From the NCBI RefSeq assembly GCF_009834535.1, contig NC_045696.1, positions 98,892,001 to 98,956,000 on the forward strand: a stretch of DNA of 64,000 nt, read 5' to 3'. This DNA is from Camelus ferus. Taxonomy: Eukaryota. Below are positions 39,068-52,705 of this stretch, in pieces. The first letter of the stretch is position 1. The number at the start of each line of letters is the position of its first letter. The position numbers and the translations under genes were made by a program. The notes beneath the pieces were generated by a model. The model worked only from the letters and a program-made list of their open reading frames with translations. It was not told the DNA's origin and made no database searches.

Positions 39068-42000
39068 CTGTCTCAAATTTTGCATATCTAAGCCCACACT
39101 ACATCACTTTTTGTTTACTCAGTCTCACCCTAAATAAGTATGAATTAGATGAAAACCCCATTTGTTTCTATCAAAAAAAACCCCAAAAGCAAAAAACATT
39201 TTCTCAAGAGGAAACCCTGTTGGTGGACCAGCCCAGCACGAAGGTAGCAAAAATTAGCACTTAGGTAGGGTGGTTGGTTGAAGGGAAGTCGTATGACCAT
39301 GTCTGCTTCAAAATGTCTTCCTGGGCCTGCAATAAAACCTGACATCAGCTTCAATAATGTCTTTCTGTGGGACTTACATGTAGGAATAGCCCAGTTAATA
39401 GACAACAAGTCAAAGTCAAGGAGTTAGCTAGGATGGGTCAGAAGTGGGTGATTGAAATTCAATGTCGATGATACTCTTTTACAGGAACACCTCAGTACGT
39501 CTGACTTGACATTACAAGTATCTATACATATGTGTCTCCTAGAGCAATATTCATTAAAGAATCCAACTTAAATCCTATGTTGATGCCAAAACCAAAATAT
39601 CACTCTAATCTCCCCTTTGCCAAAGGATCCAGTATACTGTTGGGATTATTCTCATGTTTCCTCATTACATTATAGATTGAAATGATGGGAACTGCACCAT
39701 TCCTTTTATTGTTTCAAAAAATTTTTTTCTTTCAAATACATCAGTAGAGTGGTTACATTTCCTTTTCCCCAAGGAGAAATTCCTTAACTTTGTATAATAA
39801 ATAGGGTGTTTCTATTCATAAATCTTAGAATGTCATCACTTGTTATATTGCTTCAACCCAACTACATTCTCCTCCCCCATAAAAGAATATTGTGTAGTAT
39901 TGCCTAAAGCATGACTTTTATTAATTTTACATGTTTTCATATTTGTATGGCAGTACAACAGAGCATGAACCGGAGCACGCAAGAAATTCTCTTCAGAAGA
40001 GAAAAGGCACATGTTTATATAAACTATTACTTCCAAGATATGCAACAAAGTCCAATAAATTGTCGATTCAATAGGCTAGCTGATGGTGCATGTGTTATAC
40101 ATGCTGTGTAAGAAAAGTGACCACATTGTATAGATTTTTTTTCTTAGTGTCTGTTAAAGTAATAAAACCAGAAGCATGTTATTATAACCTACAAGGACCA
40201 TAAATACTTCCCCTGTAGCATTTTTATTACCAACTTATATCAAAGGCAATCTGGCACTCTTACACATAATATGCTCCCATTAGTAAGCAGTCTTGTATTA
40301 CGGACATAAAATATTTGTAAGCGTTTTGACTTGGCCAGGCTACTGCAGCTGTGTCACACTTGTTTTTCCTTATTTTAATATGAGCTTATGTAGATGAAAT
40401 TGGAATTGCCTTCCTCTCCTCCAAATGACAGATCTGGTGTAGTGCCAGGCCACTGACTGAGGTCTATCAAACAACGCTGTATTATGTACAGTGGCATAAT
40501 TCGAAAAATCACAAGACCACTAACTCGTAACACATGTTCTTGTGCCCAGTTAGCTCAAGTCTAGCCTTTTACAGGTGATTTTATATTTCATTTTAAAATG
40601 TTCGTTCTTTCCTCCATGGCAGACTGTTCATCTGATCATCCCCAAACTATTTTAACATTGTTTTTCACATCTTTATAAGCATCCATGGCTATTTATTACC
40701 AGCGAACAAACAGAAAAGAAGAAGAAGAAATCAAACTCTTAGCTGAGCTTTGTGTTGCACTTGAGACGTCTAAGGACTGAACTAGGGAGTGACTTCTCCT
40801 TTTCCTGTCACTGCTTCCCTGCCAAGTCCAAGGCTGTCTGTCCTGTTATCACTCAGTGATGTGGGGCCTCTTTAAGATCCTGGTAAGTTGGTAGCCTCTG
40901 CCACCCAAGATATTCCCAGTGTTATTGAGTGATATCAGCATAAGAGAGTCTGCCATGGGTGTCCCTTCTCAATCTCCTCTTAAAAGCAGAGAGAGTAAGA
41001 CTGCCTTAGAAAGCATAATCAAGTCATCGGACGACATACTCCAGGGTTAGTGACCAACACAGGCTTTCAGTGATACTTTCTTGTCATGATTAATATGAAA
41101 GCTTCATCCATCTATTGGATATGAATCACCCTCCTCCAACTCTAAGCAGTAATTTAATCTTCCCTGCACATCTGTTTACAGCAGGAGAGATCTTCACTAC
41201 CCTGAAGACTCCAGGAAAAAAAAAAAAATCCTGCTCTCTAAATTTTTCTGCTCTGCACTTTAATCTCTGCTTGACTGTCCTGGACCTTATCTATTGGCTC
41301 AGCACTCAACTAACCTTTATCCTAAATACTATGTAGCTCTGATTTTAAGTGATCAGTTACATACACACATATAGTGAGAACTGGTCCAAATTTTATGAAT
41401 AATCCTTAACCTCGATGCTGGTCTACATTAGTGGTTTTAGACTGCAAAATCTTTTAGGGCTAGAACTATAACTACAGCTGAAAAAACACAGCATCACAGG
41501 GACCTGTTAGGCACCATCCAGTTAGCACATACTCAAAAAGTAACTATCAGTGAATGACGACCACGATGGTGTAGTGCATCCGTGCAATCCATTGAGGTAC
41601 CCCAGTGGGAGAAAGTCCCATCTGCAGTATAGTTAGGTCAGTAATAGAATAATAACAATTAATAATATATTCCCCTTCTAACTTTCTGGTAAAGGGGACA
41701 AGCAGAATGTAATTAAAACAGGAACTTAAAAGTGAAATAGGATGTGGACAACAGCCCCCAAATCAGTGTTTTCATAGTATTTATGTGTTACAGGTTCTTA
41801 ATGCAAACTACAATTTAGATATTCACGTAAAGGTGTGGTGAAGTTTTATTTAGTATTAGGGAACTAGACAAAAAATTGAGTTTGTCATGCAAAGTATAAT
41901 ATTTATTATTTGAGTTTCAGATTCAGCCAAAAACATTATCGAAAAGGATGATTGAAAGCCCAGGTTAACTGTTTTGACTGAGTTTAACACTATTAGTCCT

Positions 42001-42070
42001 TTTCTTTCCCTCCCTCCCTCCCTTAATTACTTGGTTTGCTGGTACATTTAGCAAGTTGATCGGATCGTCA

Positions 42071-42795
42071 TGAAGGGGTTCAGAACAGGCCTCCCCAATT
42101 TAAATTCTTTAAGGGAGAGGTAGAAGTTCCTTTGAGCCAGTAGGGTTTTGATTACCTTCAGCTCAGAATAATCCACATGCCAAAGTGACACATCTTGGAC
42201 TGGAAAGTCATAAGGGGTTCTGAACGGGCCTCCCCAAAACGTGTCACTTTGGCATGTGGATAATTTAGAGCTGAAGGCAATCAGGACCCTGCTGGTTCAA
42301 GAGAAAGTTTCACCTTCTCCTCAAAGAACTGGAGGTCTTTCCCAGAACGGGAATTCTTACCAGAGATAAATTTGATCTCAGAGACCCTTTTTAAAAAAAT
42401 TTTTGTTTTGGGGGGAGGTAATTAGGTTTACTTATTTATTTTATTTTTAGAGGAGGTACTGGGGATCAAACCCAGGACCTTGTGTATGCTAAGCATGTGC
42501 TCTACCGCTGAACTACACCCAGAGCCAACAGCTAATTACTCAGCATCCATTCTTCTTATCCTGTGAGTGACCTTGCTGTGCTTGGAAACCCCGACTCCAT
42601 CCCTCTCCTTCGCTCAGGACGCCGTGTACACCTCATTTTTCCTTTCTGCCTTTGAGCCTCTCGTGTAACATGGGATTCCTGTACACACGAAATTAAATTT
42701 GATGTTCTCCTGCTAATCTGTCTCATGTCCATTTAATTCTTAGACCAACCAGAAGATCCTAGACGAGCAGATGAAAATTTTTTTCCACCTTGAAG
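42071..42795 (+). mobile_element. ERV1-class LTR (MER34-like) with rearranged duplicated 5' end and an inserted SINE
   Basis: Two LTR starts (TGAAGGGGTTCAGAAC at 42071, TAAGGGGTTCTGAAC at 42211); 3' signature ATTAAATTTGATGTTCTCCTGCTAATCTGTCTCATGTCCATTTAATTCTTAGACC. Confidence 0.85.
42388..42520 (-). mobile_element. Camelid tRNA-derived SINE (vic-1-like)
   Basis: GGAGGTAATTAGGTTT..GAGGTACTGGGGATCAAACCCAGGACCTTGTGTATGCTAAGCATGTGCTCTACC. Confidence 0.93.
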
Positions 42796-43916
42796 GTTAG
42801 CATCACAAAATTCTACAGTTAAATCACAGACAGCTAGTGATGGGTTCCACTGCCATAAAAATATTTTAAAGAAAAACTATATGTATTCCAAGGAAGTTTT
42901 ACTGCTATTTTATGATTTAAAAACAGAAACAGCAAAGGATAAAACTCTACATTCATATAGTAATCAAAAATATTGTCCTCAATGTCTATGAGAAGAGAAA
43001 TGGGGCCAGATTACTTACTTTTCAGACATACGCTAGGATCCTTAACCAGTAAAATTTTGTTCATTTTTCCTCTTAAAACAAATACAACTAAAGTGTGAAC
43101 TCCTAGGGATAAAAGTATGAAATAATAAGACACTTCTGTTTTCTTCATTACATAACCAGACTGTCCAGATTTCATCTTTTATTAATTCTATTTGTCATTC
43201 TTTTAAAGCTGAGGGTTTTTTTAAATAATAATAAAGACAAACTCTTTTTTAAGGCTGCATAGACAAGGTTGTTGGTTTTCTTTGATGACTTCTAAAAGCC
43301 TTTTGATGTGGACTTCGAAAAAAAAGGCATTCTCATCCTTAGAAATGTGTTTTAAAACATTAAAACATTGAGGACTGCAAAATGGGATAGTCTCAGCTGC
43401 GGCTCTGAAGAAAGAGACTGGTAGAGAGATGAAGCCTTAAAGTAAGATTTTAGAAGCTGGATAACGAGGAGATTTAGTGTCAGAAGCAAATGAGCCAGCC
43501 AAAGAGGAAAGAGGTCCTCCCGGAGCAGGGGAGCTTGAGGCCAGTTGAGTTCTTTGGGAGACGGGGAGAGAGGCCCCCGTGATGGGCGCACGGATGGCGT
43601 GCACATGGCACCTTCCCCCACTGTGCCTGTCCACTCGGCTCTGCCAAGTGTGGGCTCATGATTCAAACTGACAAGAACCTTGCTCCTTCCCTGATCCAGA
43701 AAGAAAGAGCCTTGTCAAGTTGAATATCCTGCTTGCTACACAGGAGCAAGGTTGCCAGGAACAATGGGGGAAACTCAAAATGTGCTCTCAATCAGCAAGA
43801 AGCCTTGGGCCCTGGCGTGGCTCTGCGCAGGGCGGCGAGAAGTGTAATTGAAGCTTAAATGTCATTGCATTCATTTTAGAGGAAACGCTGATTTGTGTTT
43901 GTTGTTTTGCTTGTTG

Positions 43917-43918
<2 letters not shown>

Positions 43919-43948
<30 letters not shown>
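43919..43948 (+). repeat. T30 homopolymer
   Basis: Direct reading. Confidence 0.95.
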
Positions 43949-43951
<3 letters not shown>

Positions 43952-44254
43952 TCTTTCTGGATGTTGAAAATACGTTTGTAATGTAAAACACTTATCTCTT
44001 TTTAAGGAAAATTGAATAACTACTAAATAAGTTCTTACCCAAAGAACAAATTCAATCTAACCAAGAAATGTACACATGAAAGTCCACTTATGCCAGGCCG
44101 AAGGGCCACTGGGGGTATGGGTGTAAAGATGAATAAAATTATTAGCCTGGAGGAAACCCGCACAGCCCACAAGGATGACATTGTGCAGGAAGAAGGTACA
44201 TGAAGATCATGAAATCTGAAGGCAAGGGGCCCCCTTTTGATGGCTGTTTCCCCC

Positions 44255-44427
44255 TGCCTGCTCTGTGATCTTTGGCCAGTCATTTGACTTCTCCTGAACC
44301 CTATTTCCTTACCTGTAAAACAGAGTTATGAATAACTACCTCATGGGGAAGGTGCGAGAATTAAATGAACTGCGGTGTGAACGACGCATTTTGCATGGTT
44401 GGTGAGCTCTACAAATGTTAGTGATCA
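44255..44427 (+). mobile_element. MIR SINE
   Basis: TTTCCTTACCTGTAAAAC..TACCTCATGGG..GAGAATTAAATGA..CTACAAATGTTAG. Confidence 0.8.
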
Positions 44428-45844
44428 CTTGGTGCGGGGAGGGCAGGCGGGACTTATGGTTTCTAGCTTGCACTGCTAACTTGATTTCGCCCCCTATTTG
44501 CAGAGATGAGGTCCCTTTCAGAGCTCAGATTCCATTTTCCAATAGAATGTATTTCAAGAAAGAATTCTGCAAGTACAATAGATATGAGGATGTGCCCAAA
44601 ATAAATAAAGCCCCAAAGAATAAAAGATCAGATCCAACTGGGGTCCTAGCAGAAGGCTTCTCAGGACTAAAAGGTACCTAAGGAAATGACAGATTCTCAC
44701 CATGGGATGTTTTATCCTGGTATAAATGCCTAAAAACCGGTGGTCACTATTTCCAAGGATTTCCATGAACAATTCCACTCCACTGTGTGTGAGGATTTCC
44801 AAGAGGCTGGTTATTTACAAGTGAGGCAGCAGCAGGCAATGCACTGGCCCCAGAGCTGCGTCTGCCCTCCTTCTCCTGCAACAACAGAGTGAAAGAGATC
44901 TTTATTCAGAAGCTCAATCTTCCACCAAATATAATTATTTCCTTCTGTTGTTTAATGTGAGAATATCTTCAAAATGAGAATGATTTCTATGAAAAATCAC
45001 CCGTACACTAGTGAGAAAAGGGTGAAAGAGAAGGTTGTGGTGAGGCAGAAGATAGTTTCTAGAACCCAAACAAGTTCATGTGCTGTTTGTTCACAGTCCT
45101 AAAAAGGGCCGGATCTGTGGCCCTGCAGCATCAGAAATACCTGAACACTGATTAAAAAGAAAACTACTGAAGCAATAGCTCTGGTGAGAGATTAGAACCC
45201 AGAACACTGCATTTAAAAAGAACGCAGACTAAGAATGAAATCTATGCAGTTTGTTTCCCAGCAGATTTATTTTATGTGCATATTTAAGAACTTGTATCAC
45301 TATGTGATATTCCCATGATTCAGTAAGAATCACTGAATATACAAGTACCAGGGAACCTGGTATGTCAGCAAGTTATGGGCGATGCATAAGCCCCTTTCTC
45401 TCAGTATAGCTAAATCATACAGCACCTTGACTGTGACACCTGGCACACATCACGGTGTCGATCTATCCATGTGTTTCTCTTCCCATCTCATGACTCAAAG
45501 ATCCTCAAAAGCAAAACCAATCTTTTTCATTGTTATATCTAAGTGCATGGTGAATTACAGATGCTCAATAAATGCTCATTGAATAGAACCAAACCTTAGA
45601 CGCTGAAGAAACTCGCCTCAGCCGTGAATCTTCTAGGAGAGCCAATCCCAAAGCAGCAGCTGTAGTTGGCAGCCACTGAGTGATCATCAGGGGATGACAA
45701 ATGGTTGGTCCGGCAGGAGTGTAGAGTTCAGGCTAGAAACAGAACAAGGCAGCCCCACAAAGAATGTACAGTCTGTAGCTATTGTAAACTTTAGTTCAAA
45801 GAAAAACACAGAGGAACAGAACAAAAACAACTTCAAAAAGTCAA

Positions 45845-46270
45845 GCACTCAGGAATATTTACTGAGCATCCACTGTGTGCCAGGTACTCAGCTAGATTCC
45901 GGGGTCACAGCAAAAAACTGAAAAAAACACACCGGCCCTTATGGAGCTAATGATCTCACACACATTTAGGTGCTATGGAGGAAAGGTGGAAGGGGCTCTG
46001 AGAATGTGTGATAGGAAGACCTGTGTGTGTGTGCGTGTGTGCGTGTGTGTGTATGTATGTGTGTGTGTGTATGCGTGTGTGTGTGTATGACTGTGGCTAT
46101 CAGGATGGAGGTTGGGGGGTCAGTGGTAAGAAAGGTTTTCCTGAGAAAATGATACATGAACAGAATCCTGAATGGGTAAGTAGGCATTCACCAAGAGAAG
46201 AACATTCTAGGGAGATAAAACAACATGTATAAAGCCCCCTGAAGTAGCAAAACAGATGGTCACTTCAGAG
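45845..46270 (-). mobile_element. L2 3' region with embedded (TG)n-type repeat (46022-46088)
   Basis: ATATTTACTGAGCATCCACTGTGTGCCAGG antisense L2 terminus. Confidence 0.8.
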
Positions 46271-47002
46271 GAAATTTAAGATATTTTAGGTGAGTCATTA
46301 GTATAATAACTCTTAACGATATTGGTTCCAAAACAGGTCACAGGCGTTTCCTGCTGCTGGCTGATTGCAAACCTGCCTCCCATTAGCTACCAGAAACCAG
46401 ACGCTCCAGAATGCCTTCCACCTCCAGGCTGCTCTCTAAGTCGTTCTCCAGTGGTGACGTCTTCAACTACACTAGTCCCATCGGAGACGTCACTCGGTTG
46501 GGACCTCCAATGTCTGAGGATGGAGGAGAGGAAGGGGTGTTGAGAATTCTCAATTAACCATAATACTATGTTTGGAGAAATCAGTGTTTTGGACACGGGA
46601 GAGATTTTTGTAGCCAAATTGTATTTCCCCCCCAAGTAATGACTTATACAGCAGGTTCACGAAAACCAGTCTCTTCTGCTGTGAGAGGGGCTATCACTCT
46701 TCTGTGTCAAGGGTGCTCGGATACCAGCAACCAGAGCTGTGTTACTTGGCAACTCTTCGTGGTCCCCTCAGTTTTCTGGCCACAGTTATTGAACCAGTCT
46801 TGCCCCTTCACATGATCTGAGGAATCTAATTTTTCTCTTCTGAATGAAAAGTCTAGGAGAACTTCACCTTTCTGTATTGGAACACAATTTACCTCCTCAA
46901 GATTATTTTAATCCTATCACTTTTCCAAAATGCTGAGTGTCACCAAGAAATTGGGGTTCCTCAACCCTTTCACTCTCATCGCATGAAAGTCATTTGTTTG
47001 CA

Positions 47003-47161
47003 GGTGAGGAGAGTACAGTCCAGTGGTAGATTGTGCTTAGCATGCACGAGGTCCTGGGTTCAATCCCCAGTGCCTCCATTAAAATAAATAAGTAAATAAA
47101 TAAATCTAATTACCTCCCCCGAAAGCAAAACAAAATAAATAAATAAAATAAAATATTTTAA
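47003..47161 (+). mobile_element. Camelid tRNA-derived SINE (vic-1-like)
   Basis: CAGTGGTAGA..GCTTAGCATGCACGAGGTCCTGGGTTCAATCCCCAG..CTAATTACCTCCCCC; 17-bp TSD AAAGTCATTTGTTTGCA / AAAGTAATTTGTATGCA. Confidence 0.95.
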
Positions 47162-47928
47162 AAAGTAATTTGTATGCAATGCTTGGTCTTTGCTGAACAA
47201 AGGACCACTACACGCTCATTTTCATATATTATATGTGGTATATGCCATGTTTACTCACTAGCTGTTTCAGCCTAGGGACAATTTTTATGAACTAATAACA
47301 AACCCTAAAACAGTATTTATAATGCAAATACTGATATACCATTATTTATACTTCAGTTCAGTGGCAAAAAAAATGGTTGTATGATAAATAAACTCTCATT
47401 ATTCAATCATTAGTCTCTTGTAACCACACTGACAAGTCATGCCACAGGCAATACACTATCACTAATGACATGAATTAATTTATCTTTTTCAAAGGGTCGT
47501 TGGGGAACCGGAAATATATATATGTTTTATAGCAACACTCCAAATAGAAAATCTATCTAATAATTCAACATGTTATGCAGACATTTTCAAATCATCAAGC
47601 TTGTTTCACTCAACAAATATTCATTGTGTGCTTTTTATGTTCCAGGTACTTTTTTGGGTGATGAGAGTAAATTCGCCTGGTGAGGGGCAGGGAGGGTAGA
47701 GACAGAAGGAAAACAAGCAAGAAAAAAAAAAAAAAAAAAGACAAGGCAACTCCCAGATTCTGATCATTGCTATGAAGAGAAAGAGAAAAGTGAAAAAAAA
47801 AAACAAAAAAACCCCAAAAACTCATGTTGACAGAATAGTCACCAGAAGGCTATATTTTATAGGGTGACCAGAAAACATTTTACATTGTTTCAAAGCCTTT
47901 TTCTACTATAAAAGTCATGGTGATAAAT

Positions 47929-48006
47929 TTACGTTGAACCTCATGAAATTGCTTATAATTGACATTTTTCACCCACAAAAATGGCAATTTTTTTGGTTCA
48001 GCCTAA
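47929..48006. mobile_element. MADE2-like mariner MITE
   Basis: About 80-bp near-palindrome TTACGTTGAACCTCATGAAATTGC..GGCAATTTTTTTGGTTCAGCCTAA. Confidence 0.88.
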
Positions 48007-51000
48007 TGGCTGATAACACTGAGAAATAACAGCAGATAGAATTTTAAGAGCTAGGATTTTTATATTAAAGTTTTATTTCAAATGTATACAATTGTTCTGA
48101 GCCTGAATTATTTGAAACCTAGCTTTTTTTTTTTTTTTTTTTTCAGACCGTGGGTCTAGAAACGAGATGAGGACCCTATGCCTCCATAGGTCAGCTAGAG
48201 TCTCGGCAGATTTCCAGTCCATAAATGGACTTCTGAGGGCAGGATGTCTGAAGATGAGTCTTTCCAGACTTGGAAGGGGCCCAATGGAGCTTCTGTGAAC
48301 AATATAGTAGTACCAGAGCACCACCCCGAGGACTGCATGTCCCTGTGGAGACATAATGTCTTCAGAGTGTGTTATCTTTTAAATGAGAATGATGGCCCTA
48401 CCTTGCAGGGCTGTTGCAAATATCATGGATACAGCAGAGTAAGATGCTAGACACATTCAACTAGTGGTAAAGCAAATTCAACTTTACACACTTGGGCTTC
48501 AAGAGCAAGGTAGAGAAAGAAAGAGAATTAGCACTTTTTAAAATGTAAGAGATTCCACCCATTTTGAAGTTTAAAGAATTTAGGCCGCACTGCGAGTGAG
48601 CATCAGCCGAGAGATGTGAATCCATGCCTCCTTCAGTTGCTCTCAGGTCCTTTGCATCTCTTGTGGTGGAAGCATCTTGTCATTTTAAGGTTTTCCTAAC
48701 TGTTTTATGATGAGCATTTCTCTTTAAATACAAGCTATTTCCTTTGTGAATCAAAGCAAGAAAGAACAATCTGTCCCAAAATTGATGGAAAAAAACACTG
48801 ATGCTGAATTTGTTAAGAGATGGAATTTCACTCTCCAAGGTGATGTCATCATAAGAGATTTTCAGGACTCATTCTGATATTAATGAATCTGACTCCGCGA
48901 GGTAACTTAAGAACCTAAATCTGCAGAAGATGCGGCTCTAGTGGAAGGTCTGTAAAGTGCCTCCTGGCCGCACCTGGCCAACTGTAGATGATCAACGTGG
49001 TTATTTTCTCCTTAGGGAGAAAAATGGGCTACTCACTCAGGTAGTGGGTCGCAAGCTAGTGTGTCTGGCTGCCACAATCTAAATTTCCACAGATAATGCT
49101 TTCTTGCTGCAGTTTTGCACGTTTCAAGCTGGTTCTTGTGCGTCACTGTGTTCTGACCAGCACAATAACTTAATAACTGTATCTCAACCACGGGAAGAAT
49201 TTGAACAAATTCATATATTCAGCAAACACATCTTGGTTGAATTCATTTCAAGTTGATTTTCTTTAGAAATCTTCTTAGTTGCATTGCAGGCGCTAACCTA
49301 TGACCAAGAAGTTTTTCGTACAGAGAGTAGATGGAAAAGCAAAAGCTGTCCACCACCCTCTTTCTTTCTATGCTTCTTCTCTAGAAAAAAAAAAGAAGCC
49401 ACATAAATCACAATCAGGAGCCACTAACAGGGCTGTCTCAGAGCTGCCATCACAGTTATTAAAAGGGGCAATTCCAATTGATCAATACCTTTCCTGTTCT
49501 ATTGGCACCCATGTCCCTAAGATTTACTACATATTTAAGTATCACTCATGGTAATAAGTCCTTATTATCCTTATTAAACTGTTGTTACCATAATTTGATG
49601 TCCACTTAAAAGTTTTATAGTTAAAAAGTTAGTAACTTATTTTTCCCAACTCAAAGAAACTATTCTGTGCATTGTTAGGGCTAAATAGCTTCTTGCTGGT
49701 TATAAGGAGGATGAATATAATTCCAAGAGTGCACGTAAGAATTAGGTATAAAAATGATTTTTCACATTTCTGTAGTTTTCACTAATTTGCCTATTGTAGA
49801 TTCAAATAGATGTAATAAACTAAAATGTACAATTAAACAAAAAACCTGTATTATATTTTTATGTCTATAAATGTGGTTCACAATCCTGGTGGCAGGAGAG
49901 AAGGTGTATATTTGAAGTTAGCCTTGAGAAAGAGGTGGACTTCATAAAATGAGTAGCTTAGACAATAAAGCTCTTATTCATATAAGCTCTCCGAGCAGTG
50001 TTTATTTAAATGGTTAGATTGGCAGCCTAGAGTATAGAAAATACACAGTCGGCACATATACTGAGCAATAGGAGAAAACCTTTCTTAAATGTTATATCTG
50101 TGTCATTTGGCAGAAATAGCTTCCAGTCGGAATATTCATCATTTCCATCTTTTCAAGAATTGCAGTAGCTCATTTTCAAAGTGAGAACAAATTACAGTTC
50201 AAACTATCTGGGTGGTTTTTTTTTTTTCTTATTTGTTTTATGTTGTTTGTTATTGTCTCATTGTTGCAATGTAATTCACAAAAAAAGCAGAGAAATGACT
50301 TCAGCAATAAATATACTGAGAGAATAAACTGTCCATATACAGGCTTCAGTGAGCTCTATGACTTCAGGCGGGTGCCCTGTTCAGCTCTCCCAAGAGCTCT
50401 CAACAACCCCTGCTAACCTTGGGGACCATGAGCAGAGGAGACCCCCAGAGCAGCCACACAGTGCTGAGGAAGGACCACAAAGGGCTTTCAAGCAGATGAC
50501 AACGTCATGGACACATTTTACCATCCCTGATGTCTCTGGGAAGCAGTATGCAGAGTTTGCTACCTCTGGTGGAGAGATCCAAGGGACAAGGGCATGGAGA
50601 ATTGATGGGTGCAGGAAGAGTCTCTAGTAGGTTCTCTTTGAAAACAAGAAGGGTCCCTGGTCTCACAAGATGGCTGAGCTGACCATCGAGACTGCGGAGT
50701 ATCAGACAAGGTGTTGCACTCTGCCAACACAGCATCTCTAACACAAGCCAGACAAACGATTGGCAGGTAAGGGAATTTTCTGCAGCTCAACATGGAGAAC
50801 AGAGCCAAAGATCATCCCTGAGCTTGCAGAGGGGGAAATGTGCACCTTCACTGCAGGATAGATTTCTCTCTGTTCACACAGAAAGACATATCAGAGGTAT
50901 TTTTAAAAAATAAGCCATCCATTTATATATACAAGCTTTACAAGGTGTATTTATTTAAACAAATTGTTTAAACACTCCACCAGCACACGGTGACCTAAGC

Positions 51001-51020
51001 GGGACTTGAACTTAAAGATG

Positions 51021-51780
51021 CAGGGTGGTCTCATATTATGAGAGAGATGTGTTCTTGAAGATCTCACATAATTCAAAGCACACATGATTTAAGATGAATT
51101 TTCCCAGAGGAATGAGTGTAAAGGGTGTGTTTCTGATATGCATAAACCTCCAGTCACTGTGGCTTAGTGGCACTTGACCTTGTTTTTTATCTTGCCACCG
51201 TGTCATGCCTCACAATCCTTTTTTTTTTAAATTATATTTGCCCAGTTATAAGAAGGATGTGAATCAAAAAGTACCTTATTTTTCTCAACACTTTTTCTAA
51301 AACTACTCCAAGGATCCTCTCCTAAATTAATAGCACAGGGCATCACGGTGATTCCGGATCCTCTTCCAAGTGTTTTTTGTCCCATTTAAATATCTTTCCA
51401 AAGTTTTTCATATTTTCAGCAACAATGTTATCACAGCTTAAGGAAAACTTGAACAACATTGCTATACTCTTAAAATAAAATTTAATATCGACAATTCAAA
51501 AGTGAATACCTACAGTCCTTATCAAAATTATTAATTTCTGATATTTGTAGAGCATGACAAACGGTATTGCCTATTTTGCATTTCTGTTTGGCAGAACGTG
51601 ATGCTGCCACGTGGCAATAGCACAGAAACAGTTTATCATGAACTCCACCTGCTCCTTTAAAACTGCACAATTTTTGACTATTTTCCAAATTTGGTGTACC
51701 AAATGAAATTAATATTTTTTTCACACTTTTTGTCATATGTTTATTTTGAAATACACAGAGAATGGCCTATACTATAAAAA
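51021..51780. mobile_element. Old Tigger-like DNA transposon fragment
   Basis: CAGGGTGGTCTCATATTATG..GAATTTTCCCAGAGGAATG resembles recalled old Tigger ends; extent uncertain. Confidence 0.4.
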
Positions 51781-52464
51781 GCGCTCACTGACAGAGACCA
51801 TGTGACAGGTACTGTGTTGACTAATTTTTATCCTTGCCTGTTCCCACTGTGGAGATAAGGGGACGGACGTCCAGCTGGGTTAAGCAACTTGGGGAGGTTT
51901 ACCCGAAGTTTTTGTGGATTCCAGAACGTGCCTCTATTCTGTCAATATTTCTGAGTGTAGTAACTTTTTGTGAAGGGTCTGATGGTGATCAAAGGACCGA
52001 GACCGGTGTGGTAGGAGCTAAAGCTGGATTGTGGAGGCCGAGAAGAGGGTAGGTGGTGAGGACACAAAGGCAGAAAGAGTCCCCCTCTGGATGGATCTAC
52101 TTGGCATCCAAAGTTACAAGCAGAAAAACATAGTGATTCCAGGACATTTGGGGTTCAGGCAGAAGCATTTATACTGTAGGGTAAGTGGAAAGCTGTATAT
52201 TTATTAGCATATTCCTTTACAGAAAGTAGGAAACATTTAGAAGGAGTTCCTCTCAGTTCACAGAGATACAGAAATCTCAAGACTTTAACTGTCTAAAAAG
52301 GCTCAACCATAAAGAAAGCTGTGGATTAGGCCAAATGTGATTTTTCTTCTAGTCCTTTTCACACTTCTATTTTTCTTCCAGGGCTACCTTCCGAATAAAA
52401 ATAACAGAAATATTGATAATAGTTGTGCATATTACAATAAGTAAATGTAATACATGTAAAACTC

Positions 52465-52600
52465 TAAGCAATGCTCTAAGTACTTCACATAAATTAACCC
52501 AATATTTTCCACAACGCCTAAGGTAGGATACTATCACAGTCCACACCTTTAGATGAGGCAATCGTGGTACAGAGAGATTAGTTTTCCCAAGTTATCCACT
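52465..52600 (-). mobile_element. MIR SINE
   Basis: CTAAGTACTTCACAT..CACAACGCCTAAGGTAGG..TAGATGAGGCAATC..ACAGAGAGATTAG. Confidence 0.75.
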
Positions 52601-52705
52601 GACACAAATACTTGTCTTTTCTCCTCAGAATCCTCACTGCTGTCACGGTCCTCTCTCCTCTCCCCTTCCATACCTCTTTAACCCTTATCAAAACTTACAT
52701 GTCCA

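Noticed and set aside
48955..48975. CTCF-like motif CGGCCAGGAGGCACT (minus strand)
   Set aside because: Mismatches at informative positions; expected by chance in 64 kb
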